DNA from: Acidimicrobiaceae bacterium
GTDB lineage: Bacteria > Actinomycetota > Acidimicrobiia > Acidimicrobiales > Aldehydirespiratoraceae
Reading direction: 5' to 3'
Assembly: GCA_016845585.1 (NCBI GenBank)
Contig: JAERSO010000149.1
Coordinates: 42,872 to 106,871, forward strand
Length of the DNA: 64,000 nt
A program made the position numbers and the translations under genes. Below, piece by piece: positions 61,763-64,000 of the stretch (positions are counted from its first letter, which is position 1; each line of letters starts with the position of its first letter). A model generated the notes under the pieces. That model was given only the letters and a program-made list of their open reading frames with translations. It did not search any database and was not told the DNA's origin.

Positions 61763-61792
61763 CCTGACGCTAGGCGACGCGACAAAGTCGCG
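61763..61792 (-). terminator. GC-rich hairpin (GACGCGAC-AAA-GTCGCGCC) downstream of map
   Basis: 7-8 bp stem, 3-nt loop, ~55 nt after the map stop on the minus strand. No U-tract, as is usual in high-GC actinobacteria. Confidence 0.35.
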
Positions 61793-61846
61793 CCGGGCAC
61801 GCGTTCGCGACGCCCAGACGATGGAGGTGGGTGCCGCCGGAGTGCG

Positions 61847-62794
61847 TCAGGCCAGGGCGGCAGCAACGTAGTCGTGGGCGCACTCGCCCGCGGCCGTGAC
61901 GGTGAGCCGTTCGGCGCCGGCCTCGGTGAGCACGAGAGTGTGCTCGAACTGGGCGGTGCGCGTGCCGTCGACGGTGGCGGCGGTCCAGTCGTCGTCCCAC
62001 ACGACGGCGTCAGGGGAGCCCAGCGTGAGCATGGGTTCGATCGTGAACGTCGTGCCGAGCTCGAGGCGGGTGGCGAGTCGACGCTCGTGGTAGTGCGGGA
62101 TCTGGAGGTTGCTGTGGAACTCTGTGCCGACGCCGTGGCCGATGAACTCGCGGACAACACCGAGACGGTGTTTCACGGCGTGACCCTCGATGGCTTTGCC
62201 GATATCGCTCACGAGGCCGCCTGGGGTGACGGCCGCGATGCCGAGCTCGAGTGACCGGGCGGTCTCACGGACGAGTCTGACGGAAAGGTCGTCGACATCG
62301 CCGACGAGGAAAGTGGCCGACGTGTCGCCGTGGACGCCTTCCTTCCAGATCGTGACGTCGATGTTGATGATGTCGCCGTCGGCGAGCGGGCGGCTGTCGG
62401 GGATGCCGTGGCAGATCACTTCATTGATCGATGTGCAGACCGACTTCGGGAACCCGCGGTAGTTGAGCGGGCTCGGATAGCCGCCTCGTTCGACGCAGGC
62501 GTCGTGAACGGCTCGATCGATCTCGTCGGTGGTGACACCGGGCTTCACGAGTGCGCCGGCCATGAGGAGAATCTCGGCCGCGTCCTGGCCGGTGCGCCGC
62601 ATGGATGCCAGCTCGTCGGGCGTCCGCGTCAGCGATGAAACACTCGGGCCAGGGTCTCCGCTGAGCGCGTACGGCGGCCGGGGCACCTCAGCGGGGACGC
62701 GGCGGGTAGGGCTGAGCAGACCGGGCTGAACCGGCGGGTAGGACGGTTCGACGCCTACGGCCGGTCGTGTCTGCTTGCGCTTGCGCTTCGCCAT
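61847..62794 (-). CDS. map: Type I methionine aminopeptidase (class Ic, with N-terminal PxxP-containing extension)
   Basis: Metal ligands D..D..H..E..E in conserved blocks (DIINIDVT, HGVGTEFH, FTIEP, FEHT). Confidence 0.88.
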   Translation of the reverse strand: MAKRKRKQTRPAVGVEPSYPPVQPGLLSPTRRVPAEVPRPPYALSGDPGPSVSSLTRTPDELASMRRTGQDAAEILLMAGALVKPGVTTDEIDRAVHDACVERGGYPSPLNYRGFPKSVCTSINEVICHGIPDSRPLADGDIINIDVTIWKEGVHGDTSATFLVGDVDDLSVRLVRETARSLELGIAAVTPGGLVSDIGKAIEGHAVKHRLGVVREFIGHGVGTEFHSNLQIPHYHERRLATRLELGTTFTIEPMLTLGSPDAVVWDDDWTAATVDGTRTAQFEHTLVLTEAGAERLTVTAAGECAHDYVAAALA

Positions 62795-62818
62795 CGAAAC
62801 AGCCTACGGGATTTCGGG

Positions 62819-64000
62819 CTAACCGACCGATGACGCGAGTGGCACTTCGACGAATCCGCCGAGTCGAGCTTGTCCTTCGGCGGGTCGCCCGAAGAGATAA
62901 CCCTGACCATGGATCTCGACCTTGCCGGCGCTCTCGCGGATCTCGAGGAGTCGCATCACCTGCTGATCGGTCTCGATCCCTTCGGCGACGACGACGAGAT
63001 CGAGGGCCTCGGCCATGTGGAACACAGCGGCGACGATCGCGTCAGCGCGAGCATCGTCGCCGAGTTGAGCGATGAAGCTGCGATCGATCTTCACTCCGTC
63101 GACGTCGAACGATTGCAGGTACGACAGCGACGAGAAGCCCGTGCCGAAGTCGTCGATCATCACGGCGAGTCCGAAGTTGCGGAGATCCTGTACGTGGCGC
63201 GCGGCGGTACCCGTCTGGCCCATCAGCACGGTTTCGGTGACCTCGATCACCAGACGGGATGCGTCGACATCGTTCTCGGTCAACAGATCGGTGATCCAGG
63301 TCACGATGTTCGGGTCCGAGAAGGTCCGGGCGGAGAGGTTCATGGCTACCGGACGGGCGGTCGGATGCTCAGCCAGCATCGCGACGGTCTGTCGGAGAAC
63401 GGTTCGGTCGATTCGAGTGACGAGGCCCGTCTCTTCGGCGAGGGGTATGAAGGCATCAGGAAGCACCATCCCGCGCGTCGGGTGATCCCAGCGCACGAGG
63501 GCTTCGAAGGCACAGACCCGTCGAGTCGGAAGCTCGACCACCGGTTGCAGGTGAACGGAGAGTTCGTCGTTGGCGATGGCGCGACGGAGTTCCTGGCTGA
63601 CGCTCACTCGCTGTTCGATGCGATCGCGCATCGCCTGGTCAAAGACCTCGATTCGGCCTCGTCCCAACTGCTTTGCCCGATACATCGCAAGGTCGGCGTT
63701 GCTGAGCACCTCTTCGGCGCTGTCGGTGCGGTGAACACGTCCGATCCCGATCGATGCGGTGACGACGTGTTCGACCTGGCCGTCGGTGATCGGCTCGCTG
63801 ATCACGTTCTGGATCCGTTCGGCGAACTCGATCGCGCCGACCTCGGTGATGCCCTCGATGACCATGACGAATTCGTCGCCGGAGAGGCGGCCGACGACAT
63901 CACTGCCGCGAACGGCGAGGCGGAGACGGTCGGCCACGGATGTGAGGACCCGATCACCGAATGCGTGCCCGAGCGTGTCGTTGGCGAGCTTGAACCGGTC
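62819..64000 (-). CDS. GGDEF-EAL protein (partial; N-terminus lies beyond the window end)
   Basis: EAL domain (FEALVRW, DDFGTG, KIDRSF) preceded by a GGDEF domain (GDEFVMV). The reverse complement of the last bases still encodes DRFKLANDTLGHAFGD, so the gene continues past 64000. Confidence 0.8.
   Translation of the reverse strand, partial: DRFKLANDTLGHAFGDRVLTSVADRLRLAVRGSDVVGRLSGDEFVMVIEGITEVGAIEFAERIQNVISEPITDGQVEHVVTASIGIGRVHRTDSAEEVLSNADLAMYRAKQLGRGRIEVFDQAMRDRIEQRVSVSQELRRAIANDELSVHLQPVVELPTRRVCAFEALVRWDHPTRGMVLPDAFIPLAEETGLVTRIDRTVLRQTVAMLAEHPTARPVAMNLSARTFSDPNIVTWITDLLTENDVDASRLVIEVTETVLMGQTGTAARHVQDLRNFGLAVMIDDFGTGFSSLSYLQSFDVDGVKIDRSFIAQLGDDARADAIVAAVFHMAEALDLVVVAEGIETDQQVMRLLEIRESAGKVEIHGQGYLFGRPAEGQARLGGFVEVPLASSVG

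Overview
This is high-GC DNA (~68-70% GC) that looks like actinobacterial core chromosome, densely packed with housekeeping genes. I found no transposases, integrases, CRISPR arrays, rRNA or tRNA genes. Gene order resembles the mycobacterial gatCAB-ligA-mnmA(trmU)-iscS neighbourhood.

Recognisable content, in order:
- a CoxMSL-type molybdenum hydroxylase operon (782-4685)
- a sulfurtransferase, a MATE efflux pump, gatCAB, a PASTA Ser/Thr kinase, ligA, mnmA and a cysteine desulfurase
- an RDD / SpoIIM-like (DUF95) membrane gene pair beside a decayed DUF58 gene (remnant of a MoxR-DUF58 module)
- a rhomboid protease, a trehalose-phosphatase::GH15 fusion gene, a NifU-like protein, murA and azlCD
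- a triple-SLH-domain secreted protein with neighbouring lipoproteins
- a complete sulfate-assimilation / sirohaem operon (cysH, sirC-like, cobA, sirA) driven from a strikingly AT-rich promoter island
- a PLD-family protein, an Opp/Dpp ABC transporter operon, two c-di-GMP turnover proteins, a TetR/Crp divergent pair next to flotillin-NfeD, ribokinase and nucleoside hydrolase, a DUF3048 secreted protein, an RNB ribonuclease and map

I do not see a classical defence island or mobile element. The points worth a second look are:
- a short palindromic intergenic repeat family with three copies
- an atypical CoxL-like subunit carrying a ~70-aa Lys/Arg-rich insertion
- the pseudogenised DUF58 gene
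- the TPP-GH15 fusion
- the SLH protein
- several small ORFs and hairpins

The feature list gives all coordinates. Start codons in this high-GC DNA are approximate where noted, and several were placed by counting codons from the supplied ORF track.
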